Below are positions 1 through 10,304 of a stretch of DNA of 64,000 nucleotides, in pieces (position 1 is the stretch's first letter; each line of letters opens with the position of its first letter). The notes below the pieces were generated by a model that saw nothing but the letters and a program-made list of their open reading frames with translations, made no database searches and was not told where the DNA came from. Location: positions 128,001 to 192,000 of the forward strand of contig CBDBHR010000025.1 in assembly GCA_965205865.1 (NCBI GenBank), given 5' to 3'. Origin of the DNA: a bacterium. Lineage in GTDB: Bacteria; SAR324; NAC60-12. A program made the translations under genes and the position numbers.

Positions 1-848
1 ATATCCACCTTTGCCATTTCTTTTAAAAATTTCCCATGAGCGCTTTGAGCTTTCTTCAATAGGGTTTTGTAATGTTTTTTTCGCTTCGTTTTACTGTCCT
101 TTTTACCTGTCTCAAAAGCAATCATCTTAGAGAGCTTATTCATCTCCTTGATGAGGAAATCAAAATTTCTTTCACTGATCTCAGCGATTCCAAATGTATC
201 AAGGGAACGCCCTCGATGGTAGCTTCGCTCCACGAGACGAGTCAATATCGACGAATCAGTAGGCCAAGCTGTATTTCCTTTTACAGAGGTGCTATCCAGT
301 TTTAAAATATCAAAATCGTCCAACTCTTCATCGAGAACCATTCGAATTTGAGCATCGAAAATAAACTGTCTGCTCTCGTTGCTGACAGCATTGACATTAT
401 CAAGGATTGTACTCGCTCCCGGCATTTTCAATCCACGGTTGAGCAGAAGCAGATGCAGTGTGATTGACTCTGAAAGAAATATTTGGGCCGTTTGGGATTT
501 GATACTTCCTAAATATCCCCGAATCATCATAAAAAGGTAGACTAAAAAAGCCGACATCCGAGGACACCCTATTTCCAGCCTCAGTTCTTCCGGCTTCAAT
601 TCCTCATCTTCTACGGGAAGATGAGGAAGCCATGGATTCCGGGCTTCCTGCCATCGTTTATCCTCTAAACGCTCTTTCTTTTTATTTCTTGCGTATTTCT
701 CCAAATCCTGTTCAATTTTGTCCAATATCTCCGGCTCTCGCTCAGACAATTGATCAAGTTCTGATAAGAAATTTTCAAATTCTGTATCAGGAGCGCTTAA
801 AAAAAGATGTTTTTCTGCTCGAATGAATGGTTTCATTTTGGGTGCCAT
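1..848 (-). CDS. DDE transposase (ISNCY/IS5-like), 3' end beyond window edge
   Basis: Not in the ORF track because it runs off the edge. Manual translation from ATG at 848 gives MAPKMKPFIRAEK...GCPRMSAFLVYLFMMIRG...MPGASTILDNVNAVS...KLDSTSVKGNTAWPTDSSIL, which contains the DST-x-V-xx-N-xx-W/YPTDS catalytic-Asp motif. Confidence 0.75.
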   Translation of the reverse strand, partial: MAPKMKPFIRAEKHLFLSAPDTEFENFLSELDQLSEREPEILDKIEQDLEKYARNKKKERLEDKRWQEARNPWLPHLPVEDEELKPEELRLEIGCPRMSAFLVYLFMMIRGYLGSIKSQTAQIFLSESITLHLLLLNRGLKMPGASTILDNVNAVSNESRQFIFDAQIRMVLDEELDDFDILKLDSTSVKGNTAWPTDSSILTRLVERSYHRGRSLDTFGIAEISERNFDFLIKEMNKLSKMIAFETGKKDSKTKRKKHYKTLLKKAQSAHGKFLKEMAKVD

Positions 849-1194
849 AATTCTTAATATTGAAGTTATTCAGAGTTATTTCAATGAATTATGGCACTTT
901 TTAACCTCAAGTTTAAAGATATAATTCTAAAAAATACCGTAACTATTTAGGTCTCTGAAAAACCCGTTTATTAAATATCGTTAAAAAAGATTCCCGGAGA
1001 GGATCGATCGTTTTCAAGTCCTCCCACGATATTGTTCAATCGATCGGAAACCCTCTTCTTTCATAAACACAACTTAACGAAGACGTGATTATAACACAAT
1101 AATAATGTCAACCCCCCAAGGCAAAATAAATGCGGGATTCAAAAAAAAAGTAACTATACTCTGAACGGGTTTAAATTTCACTTTTCAAAATTCC

Positions 1195-1274
1195 TGTTAT
1201 TCCGAGCTAAAGGGGCTGCCTAAGCAAGAATCTCATGGGAATCAAGAAGATCCTTCGGTTCCCTCAGGATGACA
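1195..1274. repeat. REP-like palindromic element (TGTyATyCyGAG...AGATCCTTCG...CTCAGGATGACA class)
   Basis: Ends TGTTATTCCGAG / CTCAGGATGACA pair with each other. Related remnants at ~10276-10301, ~11487-11561, ~12380-12391 and ~20521-20560. Confidence 0.55.
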
Positions 1275-1331
1275 AAAAAATGAAGAAATCATATGTTCAC
1301 AGTATATTTAGGTCCTTTATGGGGACCTTAA

Positions 1332-2852
1332 TTATAAAGGAGTTGCCAGAGGATGCAAAGCCTGAGTGAGCAAATCGAGGATGGATTTTCCCTGTTTTCT
1401 GGTAGTGGAAATGGCTCCCCGGATGATACAAAAAGCCTGAGATCCTTCAGCCGTTCGAAAGCCGCCGGAGATTTTTTGTTTCAGTTTAACCATGCGCACA
1501 TCTCGCTCGGCTTGGTTGTTGTCAAAAGGAACCCGGAAGTCATCCATGAATAACAAGTTTTCCTTTTCATAGAGGATCAAGCGATCGAGTAAATTTTTGG
1601 CTTTGCTCTGTTTGGGGCGTCCTCGTTTCTTTGTTTGAGGAGGGGGAGGATAGAGCTCAAGGGCTTCTTGGGTGATATCACGATAGCGTTGCCGGAAGTG
1701 ATCTAGTTGGACTGGACTCAAAGCAGATTGTTCTTTGAACTTGGCTTGGTCTACTTGCTTTTTGATCTCTACCAGTAAGTCGCTCATCTCCTGAGCCCAC
1801 AAGGCCTTTTCTTGTTGATAGGCCCGAGAGAGTTCACGTAAATGATGCGCATTGCAAAAGCCATGATCACACTCATAATGCTGGTAGCTCTCCCAGTGAT
1901 CATGAATGGCTGTCTTTTCAAACTGAGGCAGGATACCGGCGGCATCCATTCCGGCTTGACCCCGTTTGTCGTGGATAAAATAAAAGGTCAGCTCTTCGGT
2001 AGAGGCTGAATGAAGCCAGCGACGTTGTTTGTTTTCAAACAGAGAGGTTTCATCAAAATGAACCACCTCCGATTGAATCAGAGCTTCAGCCACTTGTTGT
2101 TGGAAGGGATAAAGCCTATGGGCGGCTTGCTGGAGGCTAGCATAAATCGTGGCCGCATTGAGCGGCTGGCCGAACAGATCCTCAAAAAATTGCTGGCATC
2201 GATCAAAGGGCAGAAACTGATATTGATTGAGATAAACCGCTAAGCCTTTGATCCGGGGACCATATTGAGTGGGTGCCTTTATCCCTGCTGGAAAGCTCGA
2301 GTGATTCAGATGCCGGCAGCAGGGACAAATTTTTTGTTCCACCTGGTGCTCGGTGACCTCTAATTGGAGCGGGGGAAGATCAAACACTTGGCGTTTATGC
2401 CTCGCCTCAACCACAACCTGGGATAAATCTTCTCCACAGGTTTCACAGGTGCTGGGAGAATGGGACTCCACCTGATCCGGTGATTCACTGAAAGCCAAAT
2501 GATGGCCTCTATGACCGGGTTGACCTCCGCGAGAGCGACCCCTGCTTTTACGTAAGCTTTTGTTCTTTCGACTTTGATCGGTGGAAGGAGGTTTACTTGA
2601 GTTTTGGCTGTTGAGAGCCAACTGATCCCGAAGTTGCTTATTTTCTGTTTCGAGAGCTTCAATACGCTTATTTTCTATTTCGAGACGTTCGAGGAGTTTT
2701 AATCGCTCTTTCTTCCATTGATCCCGTTCTTCTTCAAAGAGTTGACAGGCTTCTTGAAGAGCCTCAAGGAGGGAAGTCGATGAAATGGAATTAATATATT
2801 TTTTTTGAAATTTCGAGAGCATAAAATCCTTCCTGAATTTTATGCTATGCAA
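1332..2852 (-). CDS. IS66 transposase (TnpC-type)
   Basis: Coiled coil, NSQNSSKPPSTD, GGQPGHRG, CxxC...CPCC zinc finger, VHFDETS, FCNAHHLREL, PFDNNQAERDVRMVKLKQKISGGFR. True start may be MLSKFQ at 2822. Confidence 0.93.
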   Translation of the reverse strand: MHSIKFRKDFMLSKFQKKYINSISSTSLLEALQEACQLFEEERDQWKKERLKLLERLEIENKRIEALETENKQLRDQLALNSQNSSKPPSTDQSRKNKSLRKSRGRSRGGQPGHRGHHLAFSESPDQVESHSPSTCETCGEDLSQVVVEARHKRQVFDLPPLQLEVTEHQVEQKICPCCRHLNHSSFPAGIKAPTQYGPRIKGLAVYLNQYQFLPFDRCQQFFEDLFGQPLNAATIYASLQQAAHRLYPFQQQVAEALIQSEVVHFDETSLFENKQRRWLHSASTEELTFYFIHDKRGQAGMDAAGILPQFEKTAIHDHWESYQHYECDHGFCNAHHLRELSRAYQQEKALWAQEMSDLLVEIKKQVDQAKFKEQSALSPVQLDHFRQRYRDITQEALELYPPPPQTKKRGRPKQSKAKNLLDRLILYEKENLLFMDDFRVPFDNNQAERDVRMVKLKQKISGGFRTAEGSQAFCIIRGAISTTRKQGKSILDLLTQALHPLATPL

Positions 2853-2947
2853 ATTCCGTGCTTAAATCGAAGGGGTCTCTAAAGAAACCTAAATAGTTAC
2901 AAAATACCTTAAAATACCTTTTCGGCTAGGATCTAGCTCGTGAGGAC

Positions 2948-3775
2948 GTGGATGCCGTGTATGTGGCCACTCCAACCTCTGCGAAAGAAAGCATCACCCT
3001 TGCCGCGATTGCGGCAGGGAAGCATGTTCTCGTTGAAAAGGCATTCATTAATTGTGATTCGGTGAAACGAATGGCCGCAGCGGCGTCGTCCCAAAACGTG
3101 CTGTTCATGGATGCAACTCACTTTGTGCACCACCCCCGCACTGAAGCGATCCGGCAGGAGATCTCCAACTTGATTGCATCCCCTCTGTCGCTTCACACGA
3201 CCTTCTGCTTTCCATTCTCAGATCGAAGTAACATCCGCTTTGACCCCACCCAGGAACCGGCAGGTGCTCTTGGCGACATGGCATGGTACCCGATGCGGGC
3301 TGTTGTGGAATACCTGCAGCCGCCAGGAGAATTGACTACGGTTGCTGCGGTGGCGGAGCGAGACGCCGAGACCAAGTCGGTTATCCGCCTCACAGGTCTA
3401 GTCGGTTTCGCAAGCGGTGAAGCATCGACATTTGATGTTGGTTACACTGCTGGCGCAGTAGTATATGATCTTAGTTTGCTGGGAACGGCAGGCATGATCG
3501 TGTTGGATGATTTTGTGCTGGATTGGAACAACAGTTTTTTATTCCAGAACCCGGACATCAAGTGCGGTTACATTCACCGAAAGGGAATGGCTACTCGTCA
3601 GGATTTTACCTTTATCGAGACCCCTTCGAAAGTTCCAGCAGATGTGTTGATGATCGAATGCTTCACCGATCTCGCAAACTCAAATGACCGCTCCGCTCAG
3701 ACCATTTTCACAGACGCCTCACTGCAAACCCAGAGTTATCTCGATGCAATATGGGAGGCAATTAACCAAGAGTGA
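2948..3775 (+). pseudogene. Gfo/Idh/MocA oxidoreductase, N-terminally truncated
   Basis: DAVYVATP...GKHVLVEK and GALGDMAWY motifs present. The N-terminal Rossmann GxGxxG segment is missing; the gene begins just after the IS66 target duplication. Confidence 0.8.
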
Positions 3776-3779
3776 CAGC

Positions 3780-3906
3780 TACTCATGTGGAATTGCCAAC
3801 ACCTGTGAAGCCTGTGGGAAAGATTTATCCAAGGTGACGGTTGAGGCCACGCTCAAACGTCAGGTGTTTGATCTCCCCTCTCTGCAATGAGAGGTTACCG
3901 AACACC
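3780..3906 (+). pseudogene. IS66 transposase fragment
   Basis: TCEACGKDLSKV...KRQVFDLPSLQ*EVTEH, near-identical to 12905-13015. Confidence 0.8.
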
Positions 3907-3929
3907 AACCCCTGCGTGGCCAAAAGTAT

Positions 3930-4085
3930 TCATAGCAAACATAGCATCGTCAATGCGATTTTGTATGTCCTGAAAACGGCTTGTCAGTGGAGAATGCTTG
4001 GCCATGATTTACCTCCCTGGCAAAGCCTTTACGATCATTATCGCCGTTGGAAAAAACGCTGGACTGTGGAGCGAACATTCGCTTT
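3930..4085 (+). pseudogene. Internally deleted IS5-family transposase fragment
   Basis: IVNAILYVLKTACQWRMLGHDLPPWQSLYDHYRRW is fused directly to the C-terminal motif KRWTVERTF. Confidence 0.75.
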
Positions 4086-4409
4086 TTGGCTCATGCCGAA
4101 GATGGACCGCAATATATTTTTTTATAGCTGACCTCCATTGTTTCGCAATTCTCCTGATCCAAACTTGCTATAGGCTTTGCGCCGCCTAGTAGTGCTGAAA
4201 TCATGCCTTGTTGTTTTAGGGTAAGGAGTGGATTTTCGCTCGTTTGATTCAAAATTAGCTGTGGGAGGGTTCCCGCTCGATCGAATGAACAATACCGTGA
4301 GAGGACTTGAAAACGATGGATTCTTCCCGAGAATCTTTTTTCAATGTTATTGAACTGAACGGCTTCTGACTGTCCACGGATTTGAGTAGATTTATTGATT
4401 TTTTGTTTT

Positions 4410-4662
4410 TTTTTGCGAATCCCGAATTTATTTTACATCAGGGGATTGACATTGCATTTTATTGTATTATAATATGTCTTCGTTAAGGTGTTTTTAAAGA
4501 AGAGGGTTTCCGATCGATTGAACAATATCGTGGGAGGACTTGAAAACGATCGATCCTCTCCGGGAATCTTTTTTAACGATATTTAATAAACGGGTTTTTC
4601 AGAGACCTAAATAGTTACAGGATATTTAACTAAACGGGTTTTTCAGAGACCTGAATAGTTAC
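4410..4662 (+). mobile_element. Isolated IS66 right end with tandemly duplicated terminus
   Basis: 4496-4618 is the reverse complement of 939-1061 and ends in TIR CCTAAATAGTTAC. A second partial copy at 4621-4662 ends in CCTGAATAGTTAC. Confidence 0.85.
4446..4473 (+). promoter_or_regulatory. Consensus sigma70 promoter inside IS66 end, facing outward
   Basis: TTGACA (4446-4451), 16-bp spacer, TATAAT (4468-4473). Confidence 0.7.
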
Positions 4663-5214
4663 CTTCAACCTAAATAAAATTAAAGGAGAAATTATGTGGA
4701 ATACGAAAAAAATGGCAGCCCTTTTAGGAGGACTGATGCTGGCAGGCGCTTTTCAGACGGTGCAGGCCAAAGATTGGACGGGTGAGGATATGACTGCGTA
4801 CGCAAAGAGTCAGGGGAAGCCCGTCTATGGTGGGATCGTGGTGGATTCTGGCAGGGGGTATACCTCCAGCTTTGATCCGCTCATTCATCCTTCCGAGAAT
4901 GAGGTGACCTGGGGTATTTATGAAGCCTTTTATGCTCCTGATATCACCAAGGGACCGCGGGGTAGCAACGAACAACGGTGGTCGACTGAATTCATTAGCA
5001 AGGATACATCCATGGGCATTTTGGCCGAGTCTTGGGAACAAGTGGATCCCACCCATTCGAGGTGGAAGATCCGCAAGGGAATCCGCTTTTGGACGAAAGA
5101 TAGTGTGGTGAGCCCCAATCCCAATCTGGAGTCGGCCTATGGGAGAGAGCTCAATGCCCGTGATATATTGAAAATCTGGGAGGTCTCGAAAAATGAGGAG
5201 AGAACCCAATGGTA

Positions 5215-6940
5215 CCTAAATCCTGCAATTGAATATTTTGATTGAGTTTCCCCCCACTCTTTGAGAGGTTTTTTTAAAAAAAAGGATTTGAGAGTTGAAT
5301 TTCCATCAGTCCTTGCTCATAAAGGTTTTTCCGCCCTCCATTAGATCGTTATATTTTGTGATGATCTGATACCCGCTTTCGCGGGCACAAGATTCAAGAC
5401 GTACTTCTCCCTGGATTTGGGAATCTACATCTCAGCAAAATGTATCCACTGGAGTGAAACAAAGGTTCTAGGTCTCTCCAACAGCGACCCATGCATCCCA
5501 TTGAGCATTGTAAAGTGTTCTTTCCGGAACTCTCAGTTTTTGTTGACGAGCGCCACTCGTCCATTTTCCTGCCATTCGGACAAGATAGGTGCGCATGGTG
5601 GCCGGTTCCCAACGGCGCAGTATTGCGTTACCACTACAAAGGGCCATCCAGCGCAGCGTGTTGTAAGCGAGTATCGCGCATTGGAACAAGGCACTGTTGG
5701 CCCAAAAATCGTCGGTTTTAATCTGAGCCAGCGCAGTTTGATTTTTTGCTTCCTCAATCCATGTCTCAGCGACCGCCCTTTGGCCATACTCTTTGTGAGC
5801 CTGCCAGGGAGTGAGCGCGTCAGTGAGAACATAACAAAAATAATCGTACTCCTTCATCTCAAAGAGGGTGGCCATCCCTTTGAGTTCCTCCTCTTTCTCC
5901 CTGCGTACGGCCATGAATTTTCTTGACCTCCTCCAAGTTTCACATTGGTGGGAAAACTCACACCCTTCCCAAGCGGGCTGCCCCTTCACTTTTTGCCATT
6001 TTTGGGTTTCCAACAACGAGACAAGCCCCTTGAGTTTGACCTTGATCAGATAGCCATGGCCTCGTTCTTCGAGGAAATCCAGCAAATCCCCCACAAAAAA
6101 ACCACTGTCTCCACGAAACAGAGTGCGAGTCCGATTTGGAAGGTGAGCGAGAAGTTGCCGCATGAATTCAACGACTCCATTGCTGGTATAGGCACTCCCA
6201 TCACGAAGCCAACCCTGAAGAATCTCCTTTGTCTCTGCGCAAAATGCCAGCAGAGGATGATACGAAGCTGCACCGCGTTTGTGGGGATTATATCCGACAG
6301 ACACTCCTTGCTGCTTGCCGTAGGCCGTTTTCACAGTGGAGTCCACGTCAATCACAAGACAGTGTAACACCCCAACGATGCTTGTCCCACTTCGAAGCGC
6401 CTTACGCCAGATACCGGCTCGAATCCGATGGTTCAAGCTCTCCATCTCATTGATGTTTTTCTGTGTGAAAGTACGCAGTATCCGGCCGAATGTGGTTTCA
6501 TCCGGAATCCTCAGCCAACCGGCCACACGACTCAAAACACGGTCGTTCCAAACTGTCACAATCGAACGAATCGAACGGGCGCCACCAACAATGCCGACCA
6601 CCGACAAAATGACCATGTCCACCGCGTCATAAAGACCCGTGGCGCCACGCCGATGATCTACGGTCTGCTCTGTCTTTGAAACAATCCCTTCTTTGTGAAA
6701 AAATTTGACAACCGGAATCAAGCCTGCTTGCGCGGTCAGGTCTCTGCCTCCCTGGCTGATATGGATGTTTTTTGCTGTCGTTCTTGCCGATCTTGCGCTA
6801 CATGGTAATGGTGATCTCTTAAAATTTGTTTTTCATGGTAATGGTGATCTCTTAAAATGTTGATTCTGATGCTGTTAACTATTTGAGTATATTACCATTT
6901 CCAGGGGGTGTTTGATTGTCATCTAATTGCAGGATTTAGG
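5215..6940 (-). mobile_element. IS1380-family element, copy 1
   Basis: 16-bp perfect TIRs CCTAAATCCTGCAATT; 5-bp TSD TGGTA at 5210-5214 and 6941-6945. Confidence 0.93.
5468..6836 (-). pseudogene. IS1380 transposase, N-terminus disrupted by a 24-bp duplication (ORF 5468-6721 remains open)
   Basis: LVIDVDSTV...GYNPHKRG..SYHPL, FRGDSGFF, YGQRAVAETWIEEAK motifs. The native ATG (6836) now reads MKNKF*. Confidence 0.85.
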
Positions 6941-8251
6941 TGGTATAATTCCGAAAAGGATTGGGTATGGAAAGCTCCGGATGATTGGACCATCGAAGTG
7001 GAGTGGAAGGTACCGGATGCGACGGGATGGTTATGGAAGATTTCAGCATTGATGCGCATCACGGCCCCTGAAATGTATGAGAATGACATCAACACCGAGG
7101 ACTTTAGAAATGCCTTGGGCACAGGTGCCTTTATTCCAACAGAAGATCTCCCGGGCAGTGTCACCACCTTCAAAAAGAACCCGAACTACTGGAACGTGGA
7201 TCCCTTTTACCCTGAAAACAAATTACCTTACCTGGACGGGATGAAGATTGTCCAGTTCGCTGAGAGTCCGGCAAAGGTAGCGGCCGTACGTGCCGGCAAG
7301 CTTGACCTGGTAAAACAATTTCCCATTATTCAGCCGGATGTCTCGAGCCTGGAGCAGTCCCACCCCCAGGTAAACCACATCGCATTACGAGGGTGGCAGC
7401 GCAGCTTTTTTGTGAGGGTCGACTTGCCACCCTGGAGCGACCTCAGGGTCCGGCGTGCCGCCATGCTGGCCGTCAACCACGAAGAAGCGTTGCAGGAGTT
7501 TTACCAAGGGTATGCCCATTATCCCTCTTATCCTTCGGAAAAAGGGATGGCACCTCAATACCTTGGCATGGATTACTTGAAAGAGCACCGCCCGGACCTG
7601 GCCAAGCTGTTTGAGTATCACCCCGAGGAGGCCAAGGCGCTGCTCACCGAAGCCGGCTATCCTGATGGTTTCGAGACCACCATGATCATCCCTGCGGATT
7701 GGCAGGAAGATGCGGAACTGTTTGCCGGCTATCTCGAGGAAGTGGGCATTCGGGTGACATTCAATGTGATGGATATGAGTGTTTATTACTCCTCAACGAT
7801 GACCCCAACTCCGGATGATTCTATTTATACCGGGATGGCGATTACTGATTCCGGCGCGCCTGGTGGTGGCTTGACAGATACCATGAAGTGGCACCATGAC
7901 CCCCGGGCCCCGCTGCCCTGGTATGGCGATCCTGATGCACCAACCGCACCTTCTGAGACACGGTGGCAGGCTGAGAAAATGAAGGCATTGCATGATTCTC
8001 TGAAGCTCGCTCCGAATCGAGAGGAGTATCAGCGCGTCTGGTACGAACTGTACCACCATGTCTACGAAACGTTGTGGAATTTGCCCTTTATGGCCCTGGA
8101 CCAGCATTTATACTGGCAACCCTGGGTCAAGGGCTTCATGGGGGATATCGGTTTTGGGGCTGGCTACTACAACAACTACTACATGTGGATTGATGCCGAT
8201 GAGAAGAAGCGGCTCAGCGGACGAGATGCGAACGAGTAACTAAAGAGCGTC

Positions 8252-9217
8252 GTGCAAACCTATATCATCCGAAGATTGCTGCTGGTTGTCCCCACGATGC
8301 TCATTGTGTCGCTGATCGTCTTCTTCAGCTTGCGCCTTATTCCCGGCGATGCTATCGACTTGATGGTGGCTCAGAGTACGCATTTCGGCGGTACCAAATC
8401 CGATGAAACGCCCCGGGACATTATACGACGTGCCCTGGGGCTGGATTTGCCAGCCCATGTCCAGTATGGAAAGTGGATGGCCGGACTGCTGCAGGGAGAT
8501 CTGGGAGAATCCTTATGGACCAAAATCTCTGTAAGCGAAACCATTTTGACGCGATTGCCCATCTCCCTGGAATTGGGTTTCCTGGCCATTGTCATTTCGT
8601 TGACCATCGCCCTCCCGGTGGGCATGATTTCGGGGATCCGACCGGAGTCCAAGCTGGATCTGGTTCTGCGGAGTATGGCAATCCTCTTCATCTGCATTCC
8701 CGAGTTCTGGCTGGGGACGATGGTCTTGCTCTATCCCGCCCTTTGGTGGGATTGGGCGCCGCGGATGTTCTACATTTCTTTCTTTGAGGACCCCCTGGCC
8801 AACCTGGGCATGATGATCCTCCCGGCAGCCATCCTGGGGTTGTGGCTCTCGGGGTTTACCATGCGCTTTACACGCACCATGATGCTGGAAGTGCTCGGGC
8901 AGGATTACGTGAGAACCGCCTGGGCCAAAGGACTCCGTGAGCGGGTGGTGGTGACGCGGCATGTGATGAAGAATGCGCTGATCCCGGTAGTCACCATGAT
9001 CGGATTGCAATTACCGGTCATGATTGGCGGGGCCGTGATCGTGGAGTATCTGTTTCAAATTCCCGGAATGGGTGCGCTCATTGTGGAAGCGGTCAACATT
9101 CGAGACTATCCCGTCGTCTCCGGAGCCAATTTGGTCATGGCCGCCTTCGTCCTGGTGATCAACATCGGCGTCGACCTCAGCTACGCCTGGCTCGATCCCC
9201 GCATTCGGTATCAGTAG
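8252..9217 (+). CDS. ABC peptide-type permease (DppB/OppB family)
   Basis: YIIRRLL...PGDA, LGLDLP, DLGES, DYVRTAWAKGL, RDYPVV, DPRIRY. Confidence 0.92.
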   Translation: MQTYIIRRLLLVVPTMLIVSLIVFFSLRLIPGDAIDLMVAQSTHFGGTKSDETPRDIIRRALGLDLPAHVQYGKWMAGLLQGDLGESLWTKISVSETILTRLPISLELGFLAIVISLTIALPVGMISGIRPESKLDLVLRSMAILFICIPEFWLGTMVLLYPALWWDWAPRMFYISFFEDPLANLGMMILPAAILGLWLSGFTMRFTRTMMLEVLGQDYVRTAWAKGLRERVVVTRHVMKNALIPVVTMIGLQLPVMIGGAVIVEYLFQIPGMGALIVEAVNIRDYPVVSGANLVMAAFVLVINIGVDLSYAWLDPRIRYQ

Positions 9218-9298
9218 TTTTGGCGCGGTCCGGCATTCCGGTTTCGCCCCCGCCAGAGAAGGTAAAAAACACTTTCAATCAAGACCAACAAGAATAAA

Positions 9299-10261
9299 AT
9301 GGAAATCAGTTCCGAAACCCCAACCACCACAGTCGCCATACCGGCCAAACGAAAAGGAGCCCTTCGCGTGTTCTTCTCGAGGCTGTTTCGGGAGAAGAAA
9401 CTGGGGGCGGCCGGGGCGGTCATCGTCCTGTTATTTTTCATAGTCGGGGTGTTTGCCGATGTCCTGGCCCCCCGCGGCATGACGGAGCGGAAACTGCGGG
9501 ACCGGTTGGACGGCCCCTCCCTCAAATATCCGCTGGGGACAGACCATCTGGGACGAGATCTGCTCAGCCGAGTGATCTATGGGGCGCAAATTTCGATGAT
9601 CGTGGGAGTCGCCGCTAGTGCGCTTCAGGTGGTCATTGCCACGATTTTCGGTCTGCTCTCCGGCTACTTTAGCGGGAAGTTTGACCTCCTCCTGCAACGG
9701 CTGGTCGATGCCTGGCTTTCCTTTCCGGGGCTGTTTGTGATCTTGACGGTGATGTCCCTGCTGGGACCCGGGATGGTGCAGATCATCATTGTGTTGGGCG
9801 CGTTTTGGGGGATCGGCAATATCCGCTTGATCCGGGGCGTGGTGCTCAGTGCCAAGGAGAACCAATTTGTCGAGGCAGCCCGGGCAGTGGGCTGCCCCAC
9901 TTGGCGCATCATCCTGCGGCATATCCTGCCCCAGATTGGGGCACCGATCATTGTGATCTTTACCGTTTCTCTCGGAGGCATCATTATCTCTGAGGCCACG
10001 ATCAGTTTTCTGGGATTCGGAATTCCTCCGCCTCGGCCCAGTTGGGGCAGCATGCTGAGCGCTGAAGGCCGCCGGTATATGGAACAAGCCCCCTGGCTGG
10101 CCCTCTGGCCCGGTCTGTTCCTGGCCATCGTCGTCTTCGGCATCAACGTGTTTGGCGACGCCCTGCGGGACCTGCTCGACCCCCGGCTTAAAAACCTCGG
10201 ACGCTTTGGTGACGCCAAGAAGCTTGCCAAAAAACTCAAAACCCAGTTGATCGGGAAATAG
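9299..10261 (+). CDS. ABC peptide-type permease (DppC/OppC family)
   Basis: LGTDHLGRDLLSRVIYGA, FVEAARAVG, SFLGFG, PSWGSML, GDALRDLLDPR. Confidence 0.92.
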   Translation: MEISSETPTTTVAIPAKRKGALRVFFSRLFREKKLGAAGAVIVLLFFIVGVFADVLAPRGMTERKLRDRLDGPSLKYPLGTDHLGRDLLSRVIYGAQISMIVGVAASALQVVIATIFGLLSGYFSGKFDLLLQRLVDAWLSFPGLFVILTVMSLLGPGMVQIIIVLGAFWGIGNIRLIRGVVLSAKENQFVEAARAVGCPTWRIILRHILPQIGAPIIVIFTVSLGGIIISEATISFLGFGIPPPRPSWGSMLSAEGRRYMEQAPWLALWPGLFLAIVVFGINVFGDALRDLLDPRLKNLGRFGDAKKLAKKLKTQLIGK

Positions 10262-10304
10262 AAAAAAGAAAAAAAAGATCCCTCGATTGTTCGGGATGAC
10301 ACTA

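Larger units (their letters stand above)
939..2900 (-). mobile_element. Complete IS66-family element (single-ORF, ISBst12-like organisation)
   Basis: 14-bp TIRs GTAACTATTTAGGT at 939 and its reverse complement ending 2900. 8-bp target duplication AAAATACC at 931-938 and 2901-2908, the size typical of IS66. Confidence 0.93.
4694..8239 (+). pseudogene. ABC peptide/nickel-type (family 5) substrate-binding protein interrupted by IS1380
   Basis: RBS AAAGGAG and signal peptide; motifs LAESWEQ, KIRKGIRF, GRELNARD, GTGAF, KLPYLD, AKALLTEAGYPDGF. Removing 5215-6945 restores the frame ERTQWYNSEKDW. Confidence 0.9.
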
